Source: Nitrosopumilus sp.
GTDB taxonomy: Archaea; Thermoproteota; Nitrososphaeria; Nitrososphaerales; Nitrosopumilaceae
Direction: 5' to 3'
Length of the DNA stretch: 64,000 bases
NCBI GenBank assembly: GCA_965249555.1
Contig: OZ252243.1
Location: forward strand, 832,001-896,000
Position numbers and translations under genes: made by a program. The notes under the pieces were generated by a model. That model ran no database searches. It was not told the origin of the DNA and saw only the letters and a list, made by a program, of their open reading frames with translations. Positions 9,826 through 19,739 of this stretch are shown here, piece by piece. How positions within the stretch are numbered: the stretch's first letter is position 1; every line of letters begins with the position of its first letter.

Positions 9826-9872
9826 ATTCTCCAATAAATTAAGTATCTAAAATAGTAGGTAGAAAAAAGTAC

Positions 9873-9946
9873 CGGGTCTAGAGGGATTCGGACCCTCGAC
9901 AACCGGATTAAGAGTCCGGTGCGCTACCTGGCTGCGCCATAGACCC
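9873..9946 (-). tRNA. tRNA-Lys(CTT)
   Basis: Cloverleaf GGGTCTA/TAGACCC; anticodon arm CCGGA-CT-CTT-AA-TCCGG; T arm GAGGG-TCCGAAT-CCCTC. Confidence 0.93.
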
Positions 9947-10005
9947 ACCAAAATGAATTAGCCCAGAGTTGTTATTAATCTTAAGATTGTAAAATAAAGG
10001 AAAAT

Positions 10006-10626
10006 CTAGTTTTGTGCTTTTGCTTCAATTTCATTGTACTTTTCAAGAATTGCTGTCAGTACAGTTGAAACTGGAACATCGTTCATCTTTTTCTTTTCGA
10101 CAAGGATCTTTTGGTATGCATCCAGTGTGATGTATACAGGAATTGAACCATTTCCTTCAAGTAAGCCTCTGACGTTGTAAAGAGCAGTCTCCATGCCTTT
10201 CTCAGCAGATTTTGCAAACTTTGCTTTATCCAAAATTGCCCCTAGTGGACCAAATGGCATCACATAATCTACTGACATTGTTATTCTAGTGAGATTATCA
10301 CCTAATGCTTTGAATTCATTGGTAATTTGCCATCTTTTAAAAGGACCTTCAATTTGCTTTGCAGAGATCCTTTCGTTTTTAATAAATTCAGTTGTTTCAC
10401 AATCCCACTCTAGACGTTTACCGCCAAAGTCACCAATAACTCTAAAAGTTGTACCCACGCCCATTCCTTCTTTGATATCCATAGGAACGACTGTCATGCC
10501 TACTACATCAGTTTTAATCTGGTCAGAGATGTGTTCAGGTCTTGCAAAATAGGTAAAAACATTCTCTACTGGTGTTTTGATATCAATAGACTTTGTAACT
10601 AAGGTCACGACTAAATTTCTCGTCAT
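10006..10626 (-). CDS. SRPBCC (polyketide cyclase/dehydrase) family protein
   Basis: SIDIKTPVENVF..F start, START-fold pattern, GPLG motif. Confidence 0.8.
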   Translation of the reverse strand: MTRNLVVTLVTKSIDIKTPVENVFTYFARPEHISDQIKTDVVGMTVVPMDIKEGMGVGTTFRVIGDFGGKRLEWDCETTEFIKNERISAKQIEGPFKRWQITNEFKALGDNLTRITMSVDYVMPFGPLGAILDKAKFAKSAEKGMETALYNVRGLLEGNGSIPVYITLDAYQKILVEKKKMNDVPVSTVLTAILEKYNEIEAKAQN

Positions 10627-10704
10627 TTAGGATTTAAAGGTTTTGAAGATTTTCGTATAGAAATTGATTTACAATATATTTATCCGTTTTCCATGACAAT
10701 CTAA

Positions 10705-11226
10705 ATGTCTAAAAAGCGATCAGTTTTTTTGATCTTTGTTTTACTATCATCTGTCCCAATATTTGATTATGCTTATGCTCATTCAATGTTTAATTCTGCC
10801 GAGAAGTTTGAATCTGGATATAGAGTACAAGTAGCTACAGCACCAGAGTTTCCACAGATTGGAGAACCTTCTCAATTCAGAGTAAAGGTAACTGAAGGGT
10901 TTGGCTATGAGGAAGTAGATAGATTTACAATGGGAGTACGAATTTTCTTTAATGACCAACAAGTAGATACAATACCTGTAACACACATAGAAGGATCTCA
11001 TTGGGATTTTGATTACGTATGGAGAACCCAAGGAAATCATATTGTACTGATTGATTTGTACAATATTGGAGAAAACCAAAGAATTGTAACTTATACATTT
11101 AACATGGGAACACAAAACCCGTTTGGATACATCTTCTTTACTGCAATAACTGTAGGTGCCATGGGTCTAGTAATAGTTGTTGGAATTGTCTACTTGCCAA
11201 AAAAATTTAAAAGATTTAGATTTTAG
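10705..11226 (+). CDS. Membrane-anchored exported protein
   Basis: Signal peptide ending AYAH and a C-terminal TM helix. Confidence 0.7.
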   Translation: MSKKRSVFLIFVLLSSVPIFDYAYAHSMFNSAEKFESGYRVQVATAPEFPQIGEPSQFRVKVTEGFGYEEVDRFTMGVRIFFNDQQVDTIPVTHIEGSHWDFDYVWRTQGNHIVLIDLYNIGENQRIVTYTFNMGTQNPFGYIFFTAITVGAMGLVIVVGIVYLPKKFKRFRF

Positions 11227-11659
11227 ACTCTATAGGAATTCTAGAGATTCTAAATGCAAACAAAGTAGTTAACAGCACCATTGCAAATAACAGTATTCCA
11301 ATTCCCAAATGAACTGCAACTAAAACAGCATGTAGTTTCAGATCAATTACCAAAGCACCAAGAGTGATTTGGGTAATGACAAATACAGTTGCAAGCGAGC
11401 TTGTTACCTTGATCTTCAGGTCAGCATTCTTGTTAATTAGACAGGCAACCATAGTTGCAATTACTAATGCTCCAGTCGTTGCTGCAACTAACCTATGAGT
11501 CCATTCAATCAGATATTCCTCAGCAGGCAGCACCCCGCTTGGGCACAGTGGCCACTCAGGGCAAGTCAGGCCAAGTCCAGCTGCCGAGATATATCCCCCA
11601 ATAAACATTAGAGAGTACAAAACAATCATTGTTACTAGTGCAAGATATTGAATTGCCAA
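11216..11659 (-). CDS. ctaA: Heme A synthase (short COX15/CtaA type)
   Basis: GLTCPEWPLC, IEWTHR and VAVHL motifs; 4 TM helices; in the oxidase operon. Confidence 0.85.
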   Translation of the reverse strand: MAIQYLALVTMIVLYSLMFIGGYISAAGLGLTCPEWPLCPSGVLPAEEYLIEWTHRLVAATTGALVIATMVACLINKNADLKIKVTSSLATVFVITQITLGALVIDLKLHAVLVAVHLGIGILLFAMVLLTTLFAFRISRIPIESKI

Positions 11660-11661
11660 AG

Positions 11662-12648
11662 CTATTCTATGATAAAGCTACCTTGCATGCCTTGTAATGC
11701 ATGTCCCGGAACAGTACAGATGTAGTAGTAAGCCCCCGGGGCACCAGCAGTGAAAGTAATACTGTCGCCTTCACCGGGTTTTAATGCATCTGACATTGAA
11801 CCAATTGCAGAGTCCATAATTACACTGTTAAAGTCTTCAGGGTTTGAAACAACCCCGAATGAATGAAATGATTTACCCATGTTAGTTGCAGTAATGGTTA
11901 CCTCATCGCCAGAATTTACACGGATTTCTGGATTGTGACCATCCTCACCAGGTAATGCATTAAATGCCAAAGTCCTAAAGTCATCAGATTCAACAAAGTC
12001 CAAAGTAAATTCATGAGATACGCCTGTTGGAGCCGCTGCAATTCCAGAAGAACCGCCGCCTTGTGCAGGACCTATAATGATTTCCCCAACCATTCCCTGT
12101 TCTCTGTGACCGGGAACTGTACAGATGTAATAGTAAGTTCCCTCCTCACCTGCAATAAATTCAGAAGAACCATCCTCTCCGGGTTTTAATGGATTTGATG
12201 CAGCGCCAATTTCACTACCAGAAATAATTCCTGCAAGTCCTTCATCAGCTTTTGTAACACCAAATGAATGGAATGATATTCCTCCATTATCTACATTAAA
12301 GACAACTGTATCTCCAACATTCATCTGAATCGTTGGATTATTACCATCCTCACTCGGCAATGCATTAAATGCCAAAGTCCTAAAGTCATCAGATTCAATA
12401 AATGTAAGATCTTGTGTGATGGTCTTGCCAGTTGCTGTTGCAGGAGCCGCATGATCTGTTTCTCCGGCCATCATTGCCACAACTGGAGCAGGTTCTGAAA
12501 TCCAATAGTCCCACATTGCAAAGAAAATTATTCCACCAACAATACAAATGCCCAGCATAATGATCATCATCTTTCCAGTTCTTTCTGCAGTTGTTCGGTA
12601 TACCGGATGTGCTGCTTCGCCAATTGGGTGTTCTGTTTCGTTACTCAT
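11662..12648 (-). CDS. Membrane-anchored two-domain blue copper (cupredoxin) protein
   Basis: Two repeats, each with HSF and YYYICTVPGH...GM type-1 copper ligands. Confidence 0.9.
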   Translation of the reverse strand: MSNETEHPIGEAAHPVYRTTAERTGKMMIIMLGICIVGGIIFFAMWDYWISEPAPVVAMMAGETDHAAPATATGKTITQDLTFIESDDFRTLAFNALPSEDGNNPTIQMNVGDTVVFNVDNGGISFHSFGVTKADEGLAGIISGSEIGAASNPLKPGEDGSSEFIAGEEGTYYYICTVPGHREQGMVGEIIIGPAQGGGSSGIAAAPTGVSHEFTLDFVESDDFRTLAFNALPGEDGHNPEIRVNSGDEVTITATNMGKSFHSFGVVSNPEDFNSVIMDSAIGSMSDALKPGEGDSITFTAGAPGAYYYICTVPGHALQGMQGSFIIE

Positions 12649-12657
12649 TTCTTTCTC

Positions 12658-14196
12658 CTAATGGTGTGGGTTCTTTGCCTCAAATGGATAGTAATACTTG
12701 CCACCAAGACCAAATGGGTCATAAATGTCCGCAAGTCTTCCTTTAGCTGAACTATAAATCATATTTACCAAGAAGATTGCCATGCTAATACCAATAATCA
12801 TTGCACCAACAGATGCAATCTGGTTCATTGCAATCCATTCTGGGATTGGCGGATAATCATAAACTCTCCTTGGCATGCCATACAAACCAAGTACGTGTTG
12901 TGTAAAGAATACCAATATTGTACCTACAAATGACAAGAAGAAGTGTATCTTACCTGCAGTTTCATTGTACATTCTGCCTGTGACATATGGGAACATGTAG
13001 TAAAGATAGCCAATTGAACCAAACGCAATAGTACCCATTACAAAGAGATGAAAGTGACCAACTACCCAGTATGAATCATGTGTTGAAAAGTCTAATGGCA
13101 TTGCGCTGTTAACTACGCCACCTGCACCTGCAGCAAAGAACAGTGCAATTCCTCCAACTGCCCACATCATTGGTGTTGCAAATTTGATTCTGCCATTCCA
13201 CATTGTCGCAATAAAGTTGAACACGTGCATTGCAGATGCTGGAACAGCTGCAAGAGTTCCCACCATAAAGACTGTTTTTTCAGTAAATGACATTCCTGTT
13301 GCAAACATGTGATGTGCCCATGATGAAAAAGCCACAAGAGATAACATTACAAACGCAAAGACTCCAGAGTTGTAGCTGTAGATTGGTTTTCTTGAGAATC
13401 TTGGAATGATTTCATACATCATGCCAATTGCCGGAATTACCAAAACGTATACTTCTGGATGGAATGTAAACCAGAACAAGTGTGAATATGCAATTGGATC
13501 ACCACCCATTGCAGGATTGAAGAATCCACTAACACCTAGTCTGTCAGTTAAAAGCATCAAAAGTGCTGCAGCAAATGTTGGAATTGCAACAATGATAATC
13601 AAGGATGTTGCCAAAAATGACCAAGCTAAAAGCGGAACTTGGCCAATTGACATGTCTGGATGTTTACATTTGAGAATTGTAACTACAAAGTTGACGGCAC
13701 CAAGCACTGATGAAACACCTAAAATCTTTAGTCCAAATATCCACATGTCAGCTGCTGGGCCTGGAGCACTAATGATGGAGTATGGTGGCTGTGCGTACCA
13801 AGTAAAGTCTGCAAAGCCTAACCAGACTAGTGCAGCAGCAGGTGGAATCATCCAAAATGCAATTGCATTGAGTTTTGGATATGCCATATCTTTGTATCTG
13901 ACCATTATTGGAACAAAGTAATTACCAACTGCAGATGCAAAGGGGATGATAAACAAAAAGATCAGTGTCGTGCCATGAACAGTGAAGATTCTGTTAAAGG
14001 TCATCGAGTCTGCAATAATTTGTCCAGCTCCTTCAACATTAGGCAAGAACAGTTCTATTCTGATTGCAAGTGCTAATGAACCACCTAAGAACAGGAATGC
14101 CAGTGAGGAAATAAGATAGAGCAAGCCGATATCAGTGTGATGTGTTGAGAACATTATTTGCCAAATTGGACGTGGCTTTTCTAATTCTAGAACCAT
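12658..14196 (-). CDS. coxA: Heme-copper oxidase subunit I
   Basis: FTVHG, WFTFHPEVY, WAHH and VGHFH heme/Cu ligands. Confidence 0.97.
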   Translation of the reverse strand: MVLELEKPRPIWQIMFSTHHTDIGLLYLISSLAFLFLGGSLALAIRIELFLPNVEGAGQIIADSMTFNRIFTVHGTTLIFLFIIPFASAVGNYFVPIMVRYKDMAYPKLNAIAFWMIPPAAALVWLGFADFTWYAQPPYSIISAPGPAADMWIFGLKILGVSSVLGAVNFVVTILKCKHPDMSIGQVPLLAWSFLATSLIIIVAIPTFAAALLMLLTDRLGVSGFFNPAMGGDPIAYSHLFWFTFHPEVYVLVIPAIGMMYEIIPRFSRKPIYSYNSGVFAFVMLSLVAFSSWAHHMFATGMSFTEKTVFMVGTLAAVPASAMHVFNFIATMWNGRIKFATPMMWAVGGIALFFAAGAGGVVNSAMPLDFSTHDSYWVVGHFHLFVMGTIAFGSIGYLYYMFPYVTGRMYNETAGKIHFFLSFVGTILVFFTQHVLGLYGMPRRVYDYPPIPEWIAMNQIASVGAMIIGISMAIFLVNMIYSSAKGRLADIYDPFGLGGKYYYPFEAKNPHH

Positions 14197-14245
14197 TGGT
14201 TAATCTCCTCGCTTGAAACAATAGAAAGTTGTGATAATAATGTTA

Positions 14246-14677
14246 TCAAGTTGATGGTTCCTCCACGTATAGAGTTCCGCGCATGTTATAGTGAATCAAG
14301 CCACAGTATTCTCTGCATTGAATATCATGTTCTCCCACTGCATCTGGAGCAAACCATACAACATTAACTCTTCCTGGAACTGCGTCAAGTAAAACAACAT
14401 AATCATGGATATTAAAAGAGTGAATTACATCCTTTGACATTATCTCAAATTTGTATGCCTTTCCAACTTCAACATGCAGTTCACCAATTTCTTTTGTTCC
14501 ATCTTCATGCTCAAAAGTCCAGAACCACTGTTGTCCGGTTACTTTGATTACTTTGGCATCCGCAGGAACATGTTCCACAAGCCTCTCTGCTTCCCATGCT
14601 TCTGCTCCAACCCACGCCATTAGTGCAATTACAACTGCAACGTAAATCCATTCAGGCCAATTAGAGTGTCCACTCAT
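14246..14677 (-). CDS. coxB: Heme-copper oxidase subunit II (CuA domain)
   Basis: QQWFW, DVIHSF and CREYCGLIHYNM motifs. Confidence 0.95.
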   Translation of the reverse strand: MSGHSNWPEWIYVAVVIALMAWVGAEAWEAERLVEHVPADAKVIKVTGQQWFWTFEHEDGTKEIGELHVEVGKAYKFEIMSKDVIHSFNIHDYVVLLDAVPGRVNVVWFAPDAVGEHDIQCREYCGLIHYNMRGTLYVEEPST

Positions 14678-14679
14678 CT

Positions 14680-14940
14680 CTACCAGTCAGTTCCCTCATA
14701 TGCAGTTGGTTTTGCTTTTGGGTGAGATTCTCTGAATCTCCAAACTAACCAAACCATTGTTCCTGCTACTACTGCACCAACTGTAAAGGCAACAGTCATC
14801 ATTCTAAAGAACAAGTTCCAAATAATCACTCTACGATCAAGATATTCTCCAGGCTCGTCACCTGCAGCAAATGCTAAATCTATAGCAGGAATCATTACTA
14901 AAACTGCCAATACTAAGAATAATCCAACAATCCTTTCCAT
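14680..14940 (-). CDS. Small membrane subunit of the oxidase operon (resembles the subunit II N-terminal TM part)
   Basis: Two hydrophobic helices, ending WRFRES; directly upstream of coxB. Confidence 0.7.
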   Translation of the reverse strand: MERIVGLFLVLAVLVMIPAIDLAFAAGDEPGEYLDRRVIIWNLFFRMMTVAFTVGAVVAGTMVWLVWRFRESHPKAKPTAYEGTDW

Positions 14941-14996
14941 TAGCGATTGACTGACGAAACCTATTTTTTCTATTTAAGGGTTTTCAAGATTACTAG

Positions 14997-15620
14997 CTAC
15001 CAACCTTGATCGAAACGTGATGTATCCATTACGTTAAGTCCTGAAAGTGAAAATTTCCTATCCTTTTCTCTAAAGATGGCAAGAGATGCATTGGGCAGAA
15101 TTAATTCGTAAAGATTGATAGAAGATAAATCAATAACAGTTGACAGCATTGCTTTGATTGGGTCCATATGAGTTACAAGTAGTACATTCTCATCAGGATG
15201 TTTTTCAATTATGTGATCAACTATTCCTAGAATTCGTTTTTTGACATCAGAGAAAGTTTCTACTCCATTATGGGCAATTTCAAGATCACCATCATAGAAT
15301 TTCATAAAGACATTACCATGACTGTTAAGAATTTCATCATATGGCATGCCAGTAAATTTTCCCATATCAAGTTCAATTAGACGATCATCAGTTGTAACAT
15401 CAAGTGAATTATATTTTCCAACAATTTCTGCAGTATGTTTTGCTCTTTCGATTGGACTTGAGTATACTGCAGAGACATCCATGTGTTCAAGTAATTGAGC
15501 AGTATGTTCAGCTTGTTTTATTCCAGTATCAGTTAATGGGACACCTTCGGTCCTACCAGCCAAAATTCTCTCAGTATTATTTTTTGCCTGACCATGTCTA
15601 AGGAAAATTATTTGTCCCAA
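14997..15620 (-). CDS. Histidine phosphatase / phosphoglycerate mutase family
   Basis: LRHGQ, SSP..RA..TA and LLVTH motifs. Confidence 0.92.
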   Translation of the reverse strand: MGQIIFLRHGQAKNNTERILAGRTEGVPLTDTGIKQAEHTAQLLEHMDVSAVYSSPIERAKHTAEIVGKYNSLDVTTDDRLIELDMGKFTGMPYDEILNSHGNVFMKFYDGDLEIAHNGVETFSDVKKRILGIVDHIIEKHPDENVLLVTHMDPIKAMLSTVIDLSSINLYELILPNASLAIFREKDRKFSLSGLNVMDTSRFDQGW

Positions 15621-15671
15621 TTTGATCGAAATTCAAATAGAGATAATAATAACATTATCAGGTAGATTGTC

Positions 15672-16340
15672 ATGAAAGTAGGAATTATTGGAGGAACCGG
15701 TGGAATGGGCAAAGGTTTTGCTTTAAGATGGTCACAAAACCATGATGTAATTATTGGCTCTAGAGATGCTTCAAGAGCATCTGAATCGGCAGTGGAATAT
15801 ACTAATCTTGCAAAAGAGGCATTTGGAGAGATAAAGGGAACAATTTCGGGAAATGATAATGTTTCAGTTGCAAAAGAGAGTGATGTTTTGATTTTATCAA
15901 TTCCATATGATAATATTGATTCTGCATGTTCTGGAATGTTATCTGAAATCAAAGATAGCTGTGTTGTTGTATCTCCAATTGTTCCAATGACTAAAACAGA
16001 TGTGGGATTTGAATGTGTAGCAATTAAAGAAAACAAACCATTTTCATATCAACTAGTATCAAAGCACATGAAGAACAAATCAAAATTGGTTTCAGCATTC
16101 CATGTAATTTCTGAAAAGAAACTTGTCAATCCAGCATTGGAACTTGATTATGACATCTTTGTATGTGGTGATGGTGAATCAGTTCAGGTGGTAAATGGGC
16201 TGATAAATGAAATCAAAGGGTTAAGGCCAATATACTTGGGACCAGTAGAGTTGTCTTATTTTGCAGAAATGTCAACGCCACTTTTGCTAAATGCAATGAT
16301 AAAAAATAAGATTAAAAATCCCGGCATTAAAATTGTCTAG
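15672..16340 (+). CDS. npdG: F420-dependent NADP oxidoreductase
   Basis: IIGGTGGMG, IGSRD and VSAFH motifs. Confidence 0.88.
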   Translation: MKVGIIGGTGGMGKGFALRWSQNHDVIIGSRDASRASESAVEYTNLAKEAFGEIKGTISGNDNVSVAKESDVLILSIPYDNIDSACSGMLSEIKDSCVVVSPIVPMTKTDVGFECVAIKENKPFSYQLVSKHMKNKSKLVSAFHVISEKKLVNPALELDYDIFVCGDGESVQVVNGLINEIKGLRPIYLGPVELSYFAEMSTPLLLNAMIKNKIKNPGIKIV

Positions 16341-16360
16341 GTCTGTTTTTTTCATTAATC

Positions 16361-16594
16361 ATGAGTCACGAATACTATAGACGAGGCAGAAATTGGTTTA
16401 CAGCAATTGGAACGCTTTTTTCTGTAATGGCAGGAATTGTTCTGATCAGACAGTTGTTTATTTGGGGACCAGAGTTTGTTGAAGATTTTTTGTTCAATGC
16501 AGAAATTACAAATGAAAAGGTTTCAATGGCAACGCTTGCCTTTGGTATTTTTATGATAGCATTAGGATTTAGAAAACATGAACAGAAGGGATAA
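16361..16594 (+). CDS. Small membrane protein
   Basis: Two TM helices; co-oriented with neighbours. Confidence 0.65.
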   Translation: MSHEYYRRGRNWFTAIGTLFSVMAGIVLIRQLFIWGPEFVEDFLFNAEITNEKVSMATLAFGIFMIALGFRKHEQKG

Positions 16595-16979
16595 ATTTTT
16601 AAAATCACAAAAAGTATTACGACTTGCAACAATTGATAAAAGCAAAACTCCACATATTGCTCCTGTTTGGTATTTGTTTAGTGGAAAAAAGATCTACATA
16701 GGAACAAACACCAAGACAAAAAAGGCAAAAAATGTAAAAACAAACAAACGAGCCTCATTTTGTGTGGATGTAGGAGTTAATGCCCCAAATATTTACGGAG
16801 TGATGGGGCAAGGAGACGCTAATTTAATTTTAGAGAATAAAAAAGTAAAAACAATTGCAAAAAAAATTCTTTTACGATACTTTAAGACACTAAAAAGCAA
16901 ATCCGCAAAAGAACTACTAGAAGATACTGACTGTATTATAGAAATAATTCCTGAAAAATTTTCAGTGTGGATCTACTGA
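16578..16979 (+). CDS. Pyridoxamine 5'-phosphate oxidase-like (split-barrel flavin/F420) protein
   Basis: LATI....PHIAPVWY and K.KN...N..ASFCVD motifs. Confidence 0.85.
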   Translation: MNRRDKFLKSQKVLRLATIDKSKTPHIAPVWYLFSGKKIYIGTNTKTKKAKNVKTNKRASFCVDVGVNAPNIYGVMGQGDANLILENKKVKTIAKKILLRYFKTLKSKSAKELLEDTDCIIEIIPEKFSVWIY

Positions 16980-18148
16980 CTAGCAAATTCTTCGATTTTG
17001 TTCATCGCAGAATCCAGTATTTCAAGACTGGGAAGATAGACTAGTCTGAAATGTCCGCTTCCATACTGTTTGCCAAATCCAGAACCATGAACAGTAAGTA
17101 CGCCCTTTGTTTCTAGCAATTTTGTAACAAATTCTTTATCTGTACTGAATCTATTGTCTTCGATCTTTGGAAATGCATAAAACGAACCTTTTGGATTGGA
17201 ACAAGAGATACCAGGCATTTCATTGAGACGTTTTACAACCAAGTCTCTGCGTTTTTTGATTTCAGTAACAAAGTGACTAATGTAGTCTTGTGGTCCTCTG
17301 AGAGATTCCAAAGCTGCATGCTGTACCGGAAGACTGGTTGCAATCCTAACTCTTGCCAGTTTTGGAAGATGTTCTCTGATTGCTTCAAGTTGTGGTGATT
17401 GATTAAATGCAATATATCCAATTCGCCAACCAGACATGAGATGAACTTTGGAAAAACCATTAAGAATTATTACTGGTGAATCTTTTGCAACTTTGCCGAT
17501 TCCCACAAATTTTTCATCAAAAACAATTTGATCATAAATTTCATCACATATTATGTAGAGATTATTTTGATTTGCAATGTCTACCAATTCTTTTAGTGAG
17601 TTTTCATTAAACACCACACCGGTTGGATTATTGGGGCTAATCAAACAGATAGCAACAGTCTTTGAGGTAATTTTTGATTTAATATCATCAATGTCAGGTG
17701 TAGAGTTATTCATGTCTACTGCAAACTCTACGGGAATACCGCCGTGCAGTCTTACATATGATGCATATGGCGGGTAGTATGGTCCCGGTAAAAGTACCTC
17801 ATCGCCTTCCTCTACAATTGATGAAATTACCATATCAAGTCCTTCAGAAACGCCATTAGTGACTAGAATTTCATCAGACGAGATGGATAGTCCTTTGGCA
17901 TTTTCTTTTTTGGCAATCTCTTCTCTTAATTCCAAGAGACCTTCAGATGCAGAGTAATAGTTTTCTCCTTTGTTAATTGCATCAATCAATGCTTGCTTAA
18001 CATTGTCTGGTGGTTGAAAACCAAACTGTACAGGATCACCGATGTTGAGATAATCAACTTTGATTCCTTTTTGTTCCACTTTTCTTGCAGCAAGAACTAT
18101 ATCCCGAATTGCATATTCAACGCCAGTTACTTTTTTTGATACCTTCAA
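16973..18148 (-). CDS. PLP-dependent aminotransferase class I/II
   Basis: LNIGDP, NNPTG, DEIY and FSKVHLMSGWRIG motifs; start reassigned to TTG at 18148 because the longer ORF overlaps tRNA-Arg. Confidence 0.92.
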   Translation of the reverse strand: MKVSKKVTGVEYAIRDIVLAARKVEQKGIKVDYLNIGDPVQFGFQPPDNVKQALIDAINKGENYYSASEGLLELREEIAKKENAKGLSISSDEILVTNGVSEGLDMVISSIVEEGDEVLLPGPYYPPYASYVRLHGGIPVEFAVDMNNSTPDIDDIKSKITSKTVAICLISPNNPTGVVFNENSLKELVDIANQNNLYIICDEIYDQIVFDEKFVGIGKVAKDSPVIILNGFSKVHLMSGWRIGYIAFNQSPQLEAIREHLPKLARVRIATSLPVQHAALESLRGPQDYISHFVTEIKKRRDLVVKRLNEMPGISCSNPKGSFYAFPKIEDNRFSTDKEFVTKLLETKGVLTVHGSGFGKQYGSGHFRLVYLPSLEILDSAMNKIEEFASQ

Positions 18149-18192
18149 AGTATCTAGACAGATATTTAGGCCTGTTAAAATCTTACTTCTTT

Positions 18193-18267
18193 GGACTCGT
18201 TGCACAGTCTGGATAGTGCGAGCGGCTTCGAACCGCTAGGTCGAGGGATCGAAGCCCTCCGAGCCCT
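18193..18267 (+). tRNA. tRNA-Arg(TCG)
   Basis: Anticodon arm AGCGG-CT-TCG-AA-CCGCT; T arm GAGGG-ATCGAAG-CCCTC; acceptor GGACTCG/CGAGCCC with one mismatch. Confidence 0.9.
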
Positions 18268-18309
18268 TTAGATTATCTTATTAGGCAAATAATTTTCCAC
18301 TAGGATGAA

Positions 18310-18801
18310 GTGAAAGTATCACTATTGAAACTGGGATTAGGACTAACAATTATAGGAATTATTTGGATTTCGTTTATTTTTGCAGAGACAGAAAAAATAC
18401 AGGATACAATTTTACTGAAACAATCAAACTCTTTTGAATTAAAATTAGAATTTTCAGGTGCAGATATTGGATTTTACAGAGTCTATATGCCTGAATTTTC
18501 AGGAGAAGAGGTATTTGTCCAAATACTTGACACTAAAGACAATGTAATCCAAGAACAGAAGATTCAAACAAAAATGTCAGTAGGATATTTTGATTTTACT
18601 GAGGATGGCACACATACTGTAAAAGTTACAAATATTTCAAAAAATCAAATCAATTTACAAGTAGAATTGGGTAATACAAATTCTCTACAAATGATTCCAG
18701 CAGGAGTTTTGATACTAGTAGGTTCTTTAATTATGATAGTAATGTCATATCTAAAAATAAAAAATTACAAGATGGCACAGCCTGATGAGAATATCTCATA
18801 G
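18310..18801 (+). CDS. Membrane protein, N- and C-terminal TM helices around a beta domain
   Basis: Hydrophobicity pattern. Confidence 0.7.
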   Translation: MKVSLLKLGLGLTIIGIIWISFIFAETEKIQDTILLKQSNSFELKLEFSGADIGFYRVYMPEFSGEEVFVQILDTKDNVIQEQKIQTKMSVGYFDFTEDGTHTVKVTNISKNQINLQVELGNTNSLQMIPAGVLILVGSLIMIVMSYLKIKNYKMAQPDENIS

Positions 18802-19358
18802 ACTGGAATGCATTGGATGGTATGTCCAAATATCAGAACCAAATTAAAGATTAGCCAAGTTGTTAGAAACAAGAATGTTACAATTGAGAATGGAAGAAGT
18901 GCTTTGAGTTTTGTGTGTTCTCTGTTTTTTATAATCAAAACACCTCCTAATGATACAAGAACTAGTCCCAACTCAAGTGGTTGATGAGACCAAGATATCA
19001 ATCCATCAATTCCAAAGAGATCATGAGATAAAGAATCAGCAAAGCCTGAAATTAATTGAATTATAGAACCAACAATAACTAGTATGATTCCAGTCTTAAG
19101 GGATCTGTGAACTGATTTTCCAAATAAAAGAATGCAACCCATGAATGCAGCACAGCTAGTCATAGATACTCCTGTGTACACCATGATATGCTGAATGCTC
19201 CAGAAAAATTCTGGTTCCTTTTGAAGGTGAGATATGGCATCCCAGAGTCCTGCGGAGACTACTACAACAGAACCAGTTACTGCTAAAATTGAAATAAAGA
19301 ATACAAGAGTTGCAGGTTTTGCAAGTGTGGAATTTGTAATTCTTTGAATTAATTTCAT
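18765..19358 (-). CDS. Polytopic membrane protein
   Basis: About 5 TM helices with WD..SH, QH and D..SH...G.D....SH motifs. Confidence 0.72.
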   Translation of the reverse strand: MKLIQRITNSTLAKPATLVFFISILAVTGSVVVVSAGLWDAISHLQKEPEFFWSIQHIMVYTGVSMTSCAAFMGCILLFGKSVHRSLKTGIILVIVGSIIQLISGFADSLSHDLFGIDGLISWSHQPLELGLVLVSLGGVLIIKNREHTKLKALLPFSIVTFLFLTTWLIFNLVLIFGHTIQCIPVYEIFSSGCAIL

Positions 19359-19586
19359 TTTATTTCTACCATATCATTTTAGTAGGAAATATTGAAAGGT
19401 TATCAATTAGGAAAACTCAACTTTGTGGGTAATTTTGTCAATTAACTGAGACTTGAGCATAATGATTTACAAAAATAAAACCAAAACTTTTCTCTAACAA
19501 CAAAGCATTCTTTTCACAATCCTTGGATTCTCACTTCCAATTACACAGACGTTATACAAAATCTTTTTCATATCTTGTGATGTATA

Positions 19587-19722
19587 CCTACTGTTGGGCC
19601 TGAGAGTTGAATTATTACTGCCATGTACAAGGGCGTTACACAGACTAACTCAAAGTGAGCGGAAAACAAAATACCACATAGATGGCAAATGGGAGCATTC
19701 CGCTAGATCAGGCAATTTGATC
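19587..19722 (+). ncRNA. Candidate IS110 bridge RNA
   Basis: Two stem-enclosed internal loops. ATTATTACT (19611-19) and TTACACAG (19636-43) match the target flanks plus core; ATGGGAG (19689-95) matches the element end plus core. Confidence 0.7.
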
Positions 19723-19725
19723 AAA

Positions 19726-19735
19726 AAGGAGGTGA
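19726..19735 (+). promoter_or_regulatory. Shine-Dalgarno sequence of the IS110 recombinase
   Basis: AAGGAGGTGA 4 nt before ATG at 19740. Confidence 0.7.
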
Positions 19736-19739
19736 TGGT

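Noticed and set aside
9594-9902. 102-aa minus-strand ORF
   Set aside because: Starts inside tRNA-Lys and is antisense to another ORF
11216-14940. Split subunit II and cupredoxin in place of cytochrome c as a novelty
   Set aside because: Known standard arrangement in ammonia-oxidising archaea
18149-18205. N-terminal extension of the aminotransferase
   Set aside because: Overlaps tRNA-Arg; TTG at 18148 is the more plausible start
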